Source: Octopus vulgaris (Eukaryota). Taken from it: 64,000 nt of DNA. The translations under genes and the position numbers were made by a program. The stretch's first letter is position 1. Every line of letters begins with the position of its first letter. Of the stretch, positions 52,347 to 64,000 are shown piece by piece. Where the stretch lies: the NCBI GenBank assembly GCA_951406725.2, contig OX597827.1, forward strand, positions 84,320,001-84,384,000. Reading direction: 5' to 3'. The notes beneath the pieces were generated by a model, which saw only the letters and a program-made list of their open reading frames with translations, ran no database searches and had not been told where the DNA came from.

Positions 52347-52718
52347 GGTTTTTCTACTCTAGGCACAAAACCCGAAGTTTTGGGAGAGGGTGCCAGTCGA
52401 TTAGATCGACCCCAAGTACGCAACTGGTACTTAATTTATCGACCCCGAAAGGATGAAAGGCAAAGTCGACATCGGCAGAATTTGAGCTCAGAGCTCAGAC
52501 GAAATACTGCTAAGCATTTCGTTAGCACGCCGGGCGAAATGCTTCTCGGTATTTCGTCTGTCTTTATGTTCTGAGTTCAAATTCCACCAAGGTCGACTTT
52601 GCCTTTCATCCATTCGAGGTCGATTAAATAAGTACCAGTTACGCACTGGGGTCGATCTAATCGACTGGCACCCTCCCCCAAAATTTCGGGCCTTATGCTT
52701 AGAATAGAAAAGAATCAT
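52347..52718. mobile_element. Head-to-head inverted pair of SINE family B
   Basis: 52350-52520 is the reverse complement of ~52534-52712, with a spacer of about 13 bp. Confidence 0.9.
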
Positions 52719-53114
52719 TATAAGGTTACCTAGCGCTAGAAATGGCGTTTAAATATGTTTTGAATCAGAACCTACTAAATAGCGAAGGATACGTTGAATA
52801 ATTTACCCCCCTCCCCCGCTCCAAATGCCTCGCGGTATTCTAGATGGCCTTAAATACTCCTAAATACCCTAAATACTTAGGGAGAATGGCAGGAATGTCA
52901 TTGTTCATAAATCTGTCCAATCGGGTAATTCTGAATTTCTGAAAGACTTTTTAATTTATTAATCTATGTTATTACCATTATTGTTATTGTTGTTGTTGTT
53001 ATTAAGTTTTTTGATTTGAAATTCGGGAAAATGGAATACGCTAAATTGAAGTTCCATCTCTGTCTGTCTGTCTGTCTGTTTGTCTCTGTCTTTGTCTCTG
53101 TCTGTCTGTCTCTT

Positions 53115-53147
<33 letters not shown>

Positions 53148-53375
53148 TTGTCTCTGTCTCTGTCTCTCTCTGTCTCTGTCTGTCTGTCTCTCTCTCTCTC
53201 CCTTTCATCATACATGAACCTACCTGTTCACGTTCCCTGTCTTTCGTACTTTATCTGTTCTTCTTTGATTTAGAATGAAGATTGTAGCTATTTAATGATT
53301 CTCTTGCTCTGAACTGATGAAGTACAAGCAGGCTGAAAGAGGCTGCTTTTATTTAGGAATATTAAAAAAATATAA

Positions 53376-53727
53376 AACAAGGGCACTCAGACAGCGCAAA
53401 CCTCCTCCAAGGCAACACCAATGTCCTCTCAACGATTGGCCAGAGATGATTTTTAAAATGGGAATATCTGAAATAAACTCGACTGTTCTCACAAACGAGA
53501 ATACTAAAAATAAACCCGATCACTCTCAAAAATTAAGAAAAAAAAACAAACGGAAAAATAATCCAGAATCCTTGTCCAGTATCTGGGCGCTCCCAGTAGT
53601 AGTCATGGAATATGAAGGTGGCCGTAGAAAATTTAGTAACAGTAATAAATGGTTTATCCCTATCTAATACAAGCCAAAGTGAACGAGTTCACCATTCAAA
53701 ATAGTTTCAAAGGCGGAGGTAATAATG
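53376..53727 (+). mobile_element. Helentron-associated (HINE/DINE-1-like) non-autonomous element
   Basis: Begins aacaagggcactcag..gcaaacctcctccaagg and ends aaggcggaggtaataa (inverted subterminal motif). Shares aaataatccagaatccttgtcc with 54051. Confidence 0.55.
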
Positions 53728-54044
53728 ATAAGTTTTATTCGGGAATTCAGTATTCCTGTTGTTTTAGATCGATGTATAGAAGTAAGTATACTGTGAACTG
53801 TTAATATGTGTGTATAATATATAATATATATATATATATTATAAAAATATGCTAGGGTTATTTAATTTCTGAACGGTTTTGCTGCCGTTTGATTTCTTTA
53901 TCGATCAGTTTCTACTAAGATAGAGACGCGAGTAAAATTAATAATAGAGAAACGAAAAGAAACTTTTGGAAACAGCCTAAAGGGAGATAATTGAGAAAGA
54001 CTTCGAAGTGAACGTAAGATCGTAATCATGTAAAGTAAAGTGAA

Positions 54045-54250
54045 TGTAACAAATAATCCAGAATCCTTGTCCGGTACCGGATCGATTCCAAAATCTAATC
54101 AGTTCGTGTCAGTCACAAGACCAAACATGCCTGAAAGTTTCATCCGAATCCACTCAGCGGTTCTTGAGATATCTTGTCCATGGACAAACAAACTAACAAA
54201 CACGACTGAAAACAATACCTCTTCCTTCGCTAAGGTCGAAGTAATAATAA
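54045..54250 (+). mobile_element. Second partial HINE-like copy
   Basis: aaataatccagaatccttgtccggtaccgga...aaagtttcatccgaatcc...aacaatacctcttccttcgctaaggtcgaagtaataa, with a terminal hairpin. Confidence 0.55.
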
Positions 54251-55293
54251 TGATTAATTGTGAAAACATCTTTTGACTTGCTTTAAATTTTTTTTCACTT
54301 CTCTTGCTCACCTCTCTCTCTCCCTTACATGGAAATTTAAATAAGCAAAAAGCAAATCATTTTTACGAAGATTGGAATTCATAACCGCTGTCATAATGAG
54401 AACACGTCCAAAATATACGATGATGGTTAGGGCATGTGGAGGAGGACAGAGATGAGATCCACACGAGAATATCGTTTCCGTGTGTGTTTGTCTAGCTCAT
54501 CTTTAACACACACACACACGATCCATCAGAGCAGCCTCCGCAATGACAGCTAGCTTTGCCTCAAACTCTACTGTTTTTAAAAAAGGACAAGTTAATTTGG
54601 TCCTGGAATCAGTGATTGTGGTAAAAACTAGATTGTCACGGCTGAACTGGCTATGATCGTAGGTCTTCAGGATCAGGAATAACTCAGTGATAACCAATAA
54701 CAGCAACAAATTCTCTACAGACATAAAAGAAAAGGGGGACTCAATACCTAATAATAGTGTAACATGTAAGACTGGTGTAATTTAAGGGTGTGATGCGTGA
54801 TGAAGGAATTTCTCTGGAGCAGCAGTGTGGATGATGTGGGTGTGTGGTGGGTATGGTTAAATGGACGAAATTGCTGGATGCGAGGTGGTGTCGGTGGTGG
54901 TTAGAAGGACGGAACACTCGTGGTGAAGTGTGTGGGAACAGTGCTGGGGTCGTTTAGGTTAATAGTTATAGATAGTTGTATAGGGAAAAAAACTGGAATG
55001 AAAAGGGTTGGGGGAGAGCGATTGGAAGGGAAGCGTTTAAGGATGATGGGCGGAGAGAGGGAGAGATGGATAAATGGCGAGAAAGGTGGTTTGCTGGAAG
55101 AGAGAGAGAGAGAGAGAAGGAAAGGGTAAGGAATAACGTTGGAGTGAAGGTGTGAGAGGGGGAATGAAAAAATGAGTGAATGAGAACGAGAAAAGATTGA
55201 AAATATGTGAATGAGAGACGGAAAAAGCGTACGATAGATAGATAGATAGATAAGGAGAGAGAGAGAGAGAGAGGGGGGAGAGAGAGAGGGAGA

Positions 55294-55372
<79 letters not shown>

Positions 55373-56331
55373 TGAAGGGTTTTCAGCGAGGGAAAATAGG
55401 AAATAGAATGAACCGAAAGGGTGTAAAGAAAAAATATGGAGGTAAATTATGAGGGTGGGGAAGAGGAAGGAATAAGCTGAGAAGAGAAAGTAAATGGGAT
55501 ATTAATGAGAAAGAGAGAGAGAGAGAGTGTGTGTGTGTGGTGGGGGTATAGATGTGAGGGGTCTATTTGGAAGCAGGTAATAAATGGAAAGACGAACAGT
55601 TGGCGCCAGCACGAAGACCCCTCGCTAGAAACTCATCAATTTCCTTACCCAACCCCTAACAACAACAACTTTCATTTTTCGAATTCCTTCTCATTTTTTC
55701 GAAATATATTTTCATCTGTCTGATTTTAAGCCTCCATCTGAGCACGTCTCCATGGGACGTTCAGATAGCATCATTTTCCATGTAAACACCAAGTCCCGGA
55801 ACATACCATCATGCCATTCTCTGGAAAATACGATGACCTTGTCTCCCCTTCCAATCATACAACATAATTACTTTGGTAGGATTTTCTCCGCAAATCCTTT
55901 CTGATATAGAAACGCAAGGATTACCAAGTTTATAATATATTAATAAATACAGGATTCGGGAAGCTTCTCCACGGCACGACATCACCATCAAATAATTCAG
56001 TTTTAATTTTCAGGTAGAAGTCACATAGTTAACCTCTGCTTTTACCTCAGTCACCCAACCAGACACTGTCTGCAGTCAGCTGACTCTTACGTAGCATTTC
56101 ATGATTGGCTGAGCAATTACGATCGTGATTAAAGCTGTAATTTTAAATGAAGCATATATGTTTTGTCTGATTCTGAAAAGTTACTTTGCTGATTCTATTT
56201 GATGTGTGTGTGTGTGTGTAATGTGTGTGTGTGTGCGCGTGCACACTCAGACGGACATACACACATATGTACGTATGTATCTCAAACCGCATGTGTACAT
56301 GTGTATACATATCTACATCACCCACATACTC

Positions 56332-56387
<56 letters not shown>

Positions 56388-56663
56388 TATAAAATGTGTA
56401 TTTGTTGGTGAAATCCTGTAGCCTACTGGTTTGGATTTTAAGTTCTCAACCGCGTGTCATGGGTTCTAGTCCTTGAATGAGTAGTGCGTTGTATCCTTGA
56501 GCAAGGCACTTCATTTCACCCCCCCCTCTCTACTCAACCAATATAGGTCCCATGGAAGGAGTTTGCTGCTCTTAGTCGCTTACACGGATCTGTTTTAGGA
56601 CCATGACAAAATTTAAATAACCATACGTTTTATAACTATATATAATATCTGTCTGTTTGTCTG

Positions 56664-56714
<51 letters not shown>

Positions 56715-56819
56715 GTCTGTCTGTCTGTCTGTCTACCTATTTATAGACAAACAGACAGATAAACAGAAAGAAAGGAATATAACCATAAAATTCGAGTGTA
56801 GGGCAAAAGCCCCACGGTT

Positions 56820-58225
56820 ATACTTTTCGATTATTTTTTCGTTTCTTTTCACCTTTTACATGTTGCAGTCATAGACTGCGGCCATGCTGGGACACCACCT
56901 TGAAGAATTTTTTGTCGAATGTAACGATCCCAGAATTTTTTTTAATGATTTTCAACCAGCGCATGAAGTTAAGCCGCGAAGATATCTCCACATGCTAGAA
57001 ATAACAGCCAAAATCTCTTGAGATTTTTTATAACCCCCTTTGGCGTTTTTTTTTTAATTTTCTAAAAATCTCTTTACTTGTTTCACACTGCGGCCATGCT
57101 GGGACACCAGCTTGAATTTTTGGTTGCAGAAAAATTAGCATTTTAAAATATATGTTGAAAGTCTTTTGTTTTCTTTTCTCAACACTTACAGATTAATGGG
57201 AATAAGTTGACCTTTTGAACTTTTTCCAGCCATTGAAAGTCCAGTCATTCAAACGTATTTCTTATCATTTTTATGTCTCTACACATTTCTTGAAGTAAAT
57301 GCTTTCCCTTTTAATATATAATGAAATTATTGTATACAGTGCTCAGGTGCACCACAACTTGTCAGAATTCAGACAATATTTAGATTGAGGAGTCTTCAGT
57401 TCTGTTATTCTATTATTGATGTTAAGGTTGATTTATTTTCATTTTCAAACTTTAAAATTATTCTAAAACGAGGAAAATAATTGAAGTACACGGAACATAC
57501 CATTGTGAGGGATAGAGATGTTTTTCGATTGTATATATTTTGTTTACTTAAAAATTGGAATTTTGGAAAATTAACTTTTGTTTTTTACTACCGCGATTTC
57601 TGTTTTTGTTTACGTGAAATTATAAAAAAAAATTTGTAAGATTTGGCTGTTATTTCTAGCATGTGAAGAGACCTTCTAGGCTTGTTAAAAATCACCTAAA
57701 AAAGATTCTGGGGTCGATACATTCGACTAAAAATTCTTCAAGGTGGTGCCCCAGCATGGCCGCAGTCCAGTGACTGAAACAAGTAAAAACTGTTTTAGAA
57801 AATAAAAAAAAAAAACGATGAATAACCCAAAAATATAACCTAGTGGGGGTTATAAAAAAATTTCAAGAGACTTGGTTGTTATTTCTAGCATTTCGAGAGA
57901 CCTTCTAGGCTTAACTTCATGCGCAGTTTGAAAATCATATAAAAATATTCTGGGGTCGATACAATAGACTAAAAGTTCCCCAAGCTGGTGCCCCAGCATG
58001 GCCGCAGTCTAATGACTGCAACAAGTAAAAAGAAAAACAAAAAATGAATTATATCACAGAAGTGGTTTTGATCAAGATTAAAAAAGATTCATACAGCCAT
58101 CTAAAAATTCTTGAAGGTAGTGCCCCAGCGTGGCCGGCCGCAGTCTAATACCTGCAACAATAAAAAAAAATGTGGGGTCGATACATTCAACCAAAAATTC
58201 TAAAAACGAAAAAATAACCGAAAAA
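56820..58225. repeat. Foldback-like inverted repeat built from SINE-tail modules
   Basis: 56855-57120 is the reverse complement of ~57730-58030; additional tandem modules lie at 57635-57730 and 58095-58225. Confidence 0.85.
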
Positions 58226-58499
58226 TATATGCATAATTCAAGCATAATTTATGCATAATTTATGCATAATTTATGTATAACTTATGTATATAAAGGAACA
58301 AAAAAACTGATCTCACATTATTGAATGACATTGTTGGGGGTGGGTGGGTGAGGGGATGGAACCTTTATTCCCGAAATAATTTCCAAGAAATCACCAAACA
58401 ATTTCTGCCAACTCAGTTTTTTGTGTCAGGGTGGTCACTAGAATCATTCAATAGCATTCATTAGAGACTGAGAGTAAAGGTATTGTGTAATGCAGGTAT

Positions 58500-58818
58500 A
58501 TAATTTCGGCTTTTGCGAGGAGAGGTGGGCATGTTTGGTTGAATGTACTCCAGTATACGACTGATAATTCTCTATTCAACCCCAGAAAATAGAAATATCA
58601 AATCTTGATTAGTCTTCGATTACAATTCCATTTAAATTTTGGATGATCGATAAGAATATCAAATTAAGTTCACCAATGTCTACTATTTTATTTTATTGAT
58701 CACCGAAGGATGAAAATCGAAGCTGATCTGTGATTTGAACTCAGAACATAAAGGTTAGTAAATGAATAAGGTTGGGCATTTTGTTCGACGCTCTAACGAT
58801 TCTGTCATTCCGCCGCCT
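58500..58818 (-). mobile_element. Diverged SINE family B copy
   Basis: gaaggatgaaaatcgaagctga...tttgaactcagaacataaag...cgctctaacgattctgtcattccgccgcct. Confidence 0.7.
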
Positions 58819-59164
58819 GATTGACTAAATCTCGCAGTTGTTTTCCCTGCTGCTTTACTGAGGTCATCATCCTATGGGCTACTCTCCACCTCATTCCTCC
58901 GACTTCGAAACCCAACAAAGGACGGTCTTTAAGGCTGTCTTCAGATATTGAACTTATACCAGCATTTACATGACTGTTCATCCAAGAATTTCCTAAGACC
59001 TCGACACAGCCAACAGTTTCAGTCGCAACATAACCAGATAACCTTCAAGTTGATATCAATTTACAAATGTGAAACCGACATCTTTCATCTGCGATTATGC
59101 CTCATGGCACCTTCAACACGCTCCAGTGAACGCCTGCCAAACATTGCCCCGTGTAAATTAGCAT

Positions 59165-59233
<69 letters not shown>

Positions 59234-59671
59234 AACACACACACACACACACACACATGTATATACGATATATACATGCACACAAATGTATGAACATGGA
59301 GTAGAAAGAAGGACCCCAAAGCAGTTCCTTTAAGTATTTAGGATGCCCTGTAAGATGAGCCTTGTTCTTTAAAATGTCATTTAGTCATCAACTGGAATAG
59401 ATGGCGCTACTAGTTTCAAACCCTTGTCTAAATGTTATTAAATTAACCTCAATGTCTTCCAACCTATAATCTTTACCTTTCAATCTTCCTCTCCTCCTCT
59501 TCTTTTACCGTCATCATCCTCATCATTGTCGTCGTCGTCATCATCATCATCATCATCATCTCTTTCAACATACAGTCACGTGTGCTGGCATTTATAGAGA
59601 AATACAGTGTGCATAGACGATAGGAGCATACGAGTGTACTCGGAAGTTGTGGTATGTGTGTGCGTGTGCAT

Positions 59672-59702
<31 letters not shown>

Positions 59703-60044
59703 GCGTGTGTGTGTCTGTGTGTGCATTGTGTGTGTGCGCGCGTGCATGCATGAGGGGAGTATGTGAAGATGTGAGAAGTGTGTGTGTGTGTACGGTCATG
59801 AGGTGTGTATATTTATGAGAAACACACTGACATTTTCCCACCAGTCAGATCAGAGAAGTTGTTTAAGGACGAGCTCCACGGTTGCATGCTTCCACGTCTC
59901 GGAATATACCCAGTTCCCTGAGAACATTGAGTAGAGAACAGTTTCCTTGAGATGTAGAAATCCAGTCAGGCCTGGTTACCTTGTGGGGATTTGCAGCCAA
60001 TTTCATGTGACGTACTGTGTAAAATATTTATTCTTCTTCTGACA

Positions 60045-60652
60045 GCATTCACCCGGGGTGGGTTGAGCTGGCTTCATTCATCCTCAATGCTGCATCTCTC
60101 ACAAACGCCGACCAGGCCTGGCGAGGTCACTTCGACTGCTACTGGTAACTTGTAACCCAGTACAACCTGTTGCATGGTCGGGCCGTCGGCGACTAAACTG
60201 GCAACCCCACCAAGCTTGCTTGGTGAGGAGGGTGTTTATTGGACACCCTGCGGGATGAAAATCAAAACCCGTCAAAGGGCGGAAGAACTCTTGAGAGTCA
60301 ACGGCCATCCAATAAATGTGTAATATATCACCACATCGTGGTAAGGGAGTGAAACGGGAGTGTCAGAGCTATGCCGTCGGAGACTTCGGTTTCTGGTAGG
60401 GCCACCCAAGGCGGATTGTTCTGACACCCAGCAGTATCAGGGCCGCACTCGGCTAACGGGGCTCTGGTGAACAGAAGCGTCTGATCCGGCAACCGGCGCT
60501 TCAACCCGTCCTGTCCCTGCGTCTGTAGAAAATCTACGGCAAACAAGACGTTCTCCCAACGCCCAACAGGGATATAATTGCGGCTGGGGACCGCTACCGA
60601 ACTTCCTATTCCCAAGATCCTTCAAATATTCCTCAAAATCTTTATTCCACAG
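60045..60652 (+). mobile_element. GC/CpG-rich block resembling a LINE (RTE-type) 5' UTR
   Basis: Abruptly bounded GC-rich non-coding segment. The resemblance to RTE 5' regions is from recall only; no protein motif is seen. Confidence 0.35.
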
Positions 60653-61140
60653 GTGAGGTACTATACACTAAGGTACTGTGTACAGGTAAGGTTTGTTCAT
60701 GCGTATTCGATATTTCACCATCTTTATAGTGATGCTGGGTTTTGACAACCATTTTTGTAAATAAAGAAAGAAAATGGAGATGCGCCATAGAGGCAGAGGT
60801 GTGACGGTGTTAAACGTATCGTAGAAGTAGGTGCGGCACTGAGACATGTGAGACGGTGAAGGAAGTGCGGCACAAGTGGAGGTGTGTCACAGATTCATGT
60901 TGCTGTTGTTTAATTCTATGCAGTCGGTTTTCGTGCCTTGGTTACTCCGCCAAATTTCTCAAATGACACCCTTTCATCTCAAAAAGATACATTGGATGAT
61001 GTGGTTCGAGGTGCACAAAGTCTTGGAAAAAGGCATGATGGTCATGAATGGAATGTCTTTGACCATAAGTCTGCTGGAGTAGGTCTTATCTAGGGCTAAA
61101 TAACAACATATCAGCAATAAAAAACAATGACAATAACAAA

Positions 61141-61229
<89 letters not shown>

Positions 61230-61254
61230 CAAGAAGAGGAGGGGGAGGAGGAGG

Positions 61255-61595
61255 CTGACTGAAGTTTCAGTCCCTATTGCATCCATTTGCTGAAACGCTT
61301 TGTCCGCCATTTCTGCAGTTAATATCCTGTGTGGGAAATGTGAGTTTTTTGTTGCAATTAAATCGAGGCGTTCAGCCATTGCCACGAGGAGGTTGGTGGT
61401 GGTGGTGGCGGTGGTGGTGGAGGGGGTAGAGGGGGGAGGTTGAAATTTGAGTGAATCGCTGGAAGCCCGGCTCTAACGACACCATTGTCGATAAAGTGTC
61501 ACCCAAACCATTTCAACTGTCCACTTATATAAAGCCTGCCGCTGCTGCTGCTGCTGCTGCTGCTCCTCATAAAACTGATAACATGATTGGTGCGG
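61255..61595 (-). promoter_or_regulatory. Candidate TATA/CCAAT promoter and first exon
   Basis: Minus strand: CCAAT (61586-61590), TATATAAG (61524-61531), then in-frame gcaATGG and gaaATGG starts (MAERLDLIATKNSHFPHRILTAEMADKAFQQMDAIG). Confidence 0.25.
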
Positions 61596-62150
61596 CTGTC
61601 ATTGCAGACGTAACTAATCGATAGTGTCGTAGATGTGGGGGTGGGGTGAGGAGGCTAGTGTGAAGGGGGTGTGTGGGTGGGTGCGTGAGAGGGGGAAATA
61701 TTTGTGGAGTGGGTGGAGGGTGAGGGTGGTAAAGTTAGGGTGAAGGCTGTGGTTGATGACAGTGGTGAAAGATACGGAGGGGAGGAGGAAGAGGTGGTGG
61801 TGGTTGTGGATAGAAAGGAAGATGGAGAGAGGGGGAAATAGAGAGAGTGGGCGATAGATAGGATACAGAGAGAGAGGGAGGGAGGAAAGAGATTGTTCGG
61901 GAGGAGAAGGGGAAAGGGAGAGGATTTAAGAAAGTATGTGAGGAGGAAGGAGAGAAAAGGAGAGAGGGTGTAAGAGAGGGAGAGAAAGGGAGATAAGAGA
62001 AGTTGAGGAGAGAGAGGCTGGTGAGGAAAAGTGTGAGAGAGTAAAGGGGTGGTGGGAGAAAGCGGAGAGAAGTGAAAGTAGCTGAGAAATAGACTCGTGG
62101 AGTGCTTAGAAGAGTCTATTGTGTCACGTGGTACAATATATCATGACCGA

Positions 62151-62211
<61 letters not shown>

Positions 62212-62296
62212 GCTGCTGCTGCTGCTGCTGCATTGTGTCAGAAAGTACAATACATCTTGGCAACTGATGGCAATGGGAAGGATGATGGCCATGATA

Positions 62297-62406
<110 letters not shown>

Positions 62407-62713
62407 GCGTTATTTACCGTTGATGGGTGATTATTATTTAGTTTGCTCACATAAAGAAGTCTGCAAGTTTATTTTGCGGCCATATTAACCAGACTTGGAT
62501 TTCAGAAGATGGAGAAAAAATACACATACATCATCTATAGACACATAGATAGATGTTCATTATCTATCTCATATATATATACATACACATGCATACATAC
62601 ATACATACATACATACATACATACATACATAAATACATACAAACATGCATACATACATACATACATATATATATATATATAAGTATATATATATACACAC
62701 GTATGGGCGCATA

Positions 62714-62747
<34 letters not shown>

Positions 62748-63074
62748 CACGCGCATGGGCATATATACATTTATTTATTTATTAACGCACACATATATAT
62801 ATATACGACTACGCGGACACACATATATTTGTAGCTATATATATATTTATACTGATTCTATAGTTTTTCTACGACTTTATATTTATACAGTTTATAGATA
62901 CATATATTTGCATTTATGTATCGACACACACAGACGTATGTATATATATATATATATATATGGGTGGGGGCTTAATCCATTTATATATGCATCTAACCCC
63001 ATCTTTGCATCCATTTTCAACCCTACACACATATTTACATATTAGCTTACACAATATATTTGCATTTTTATGTA

Positions 63075-63154
<80 letters not shown>

Positions 63155-64000
63155 CGTGCGTGTGTGTAAGAGCGATGAAAGTCAATCCCCCGCTTTTAGC
63201 GTGTGTATTCACATAGATCTCTGCAGAAAGCGACAGTGAGTGATTTGACCGCTGACATCTCTCAACTCTTGATTTACTGTCGCTTAAGGAACTTTAGCAA
63301 CGGGTGAAATTTGAGTCATTGATGCGTATATCCGAAGAAAAGCCAGCCACATTTCACTGACAACAACAACAACAACCAACTTCCTACATTCATATCTCCA
63401 CTGCTTTTCCATCGATGTTTTTCTTTGGGCAGCAAAAATTCATTAAAACGCTGCCGCCGAGTATCACAAGTGAATCGTTTAGTTTATTTGCCGAGATTGT
63501 TGAAGAATCCGGCTTTCAATGAGTGTTTCATGTTACAAACGTTGACTGGAGAACAACTTGGTGCAATGATAATGAGTTTTTCTGATAGGGTTTCGAGTTA
63601 ATAATGGAGAGATGTGGTTAAGACTTTCAGATAAGCTGATGCCAGTGAAATATGGTAATATATATGCATGAAGTTAGGAGAAGTTGATGAATCTGTCTTT
63701 TTAAATTATGGAAGATTTAGAAGATGGCGATGAAGCTGGTCTGATTACGTTGCTATTGAGTGGCTGTGTACACCAGACACGGTAATCAGAATGGGTTGCT
63801 TCTACCTTGAGGTGCCAATGTGACTACCACCACTCTCTTACATCTAACAGGAATGGTTCCTTAGTTCCTATGTCAGCCCTGGTTCAACAGACGTATGCAC
63901 TAAGGCACTCCAAACGTGACCATTCCAGATTTTATTCTTACATTGTGTATCTAGGATTACACAATGTCATATGCCTTTCCTTGTTTGACCCCAAATCAAT

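Overview
Eukaryotic, AT-rich, extremely microsatellite-dense DNA: (CA)n, (TA)n, (TATC)n, (TACA)n, (AG)n, (ATC)n and (AAT)n tracts occur throughout. The tRNA-derived SINE families resemble those I recall from octopus (coleoid cephalopod) genomes; that assignment is inference. I cannot support any intact host protein-coding gene, and almost all listed ORFs are microsatellite artefacts, so the window is probably intronic or intergenic. It holds many decayed mobile elements: an L1/Tx1 LINE, a CR1-clade LINE, RTE fragments, an RT-deleted Gypsy, a Penelope-like element, several Tc1/mariner remnants, hAT MITEs, Helitron/Helentron-like pieces and at least four SINE-like families. The most notable observations are four minimal type-I hammerhead ribozyme motifs, a ~2.1 kb unidentified decayed coding-like region (23240-25390, minus strand), two long SINE-built inverted repeats, an RTE 3' end with a 5' inversion primed at a mimic of its own terminus, a LINE 3' end sharing its tail with the main SINE family, and candidate CTCF/CRE/E2F motif clusters. 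All calls come from reading the sequence by eye; element boundaries are approximate.
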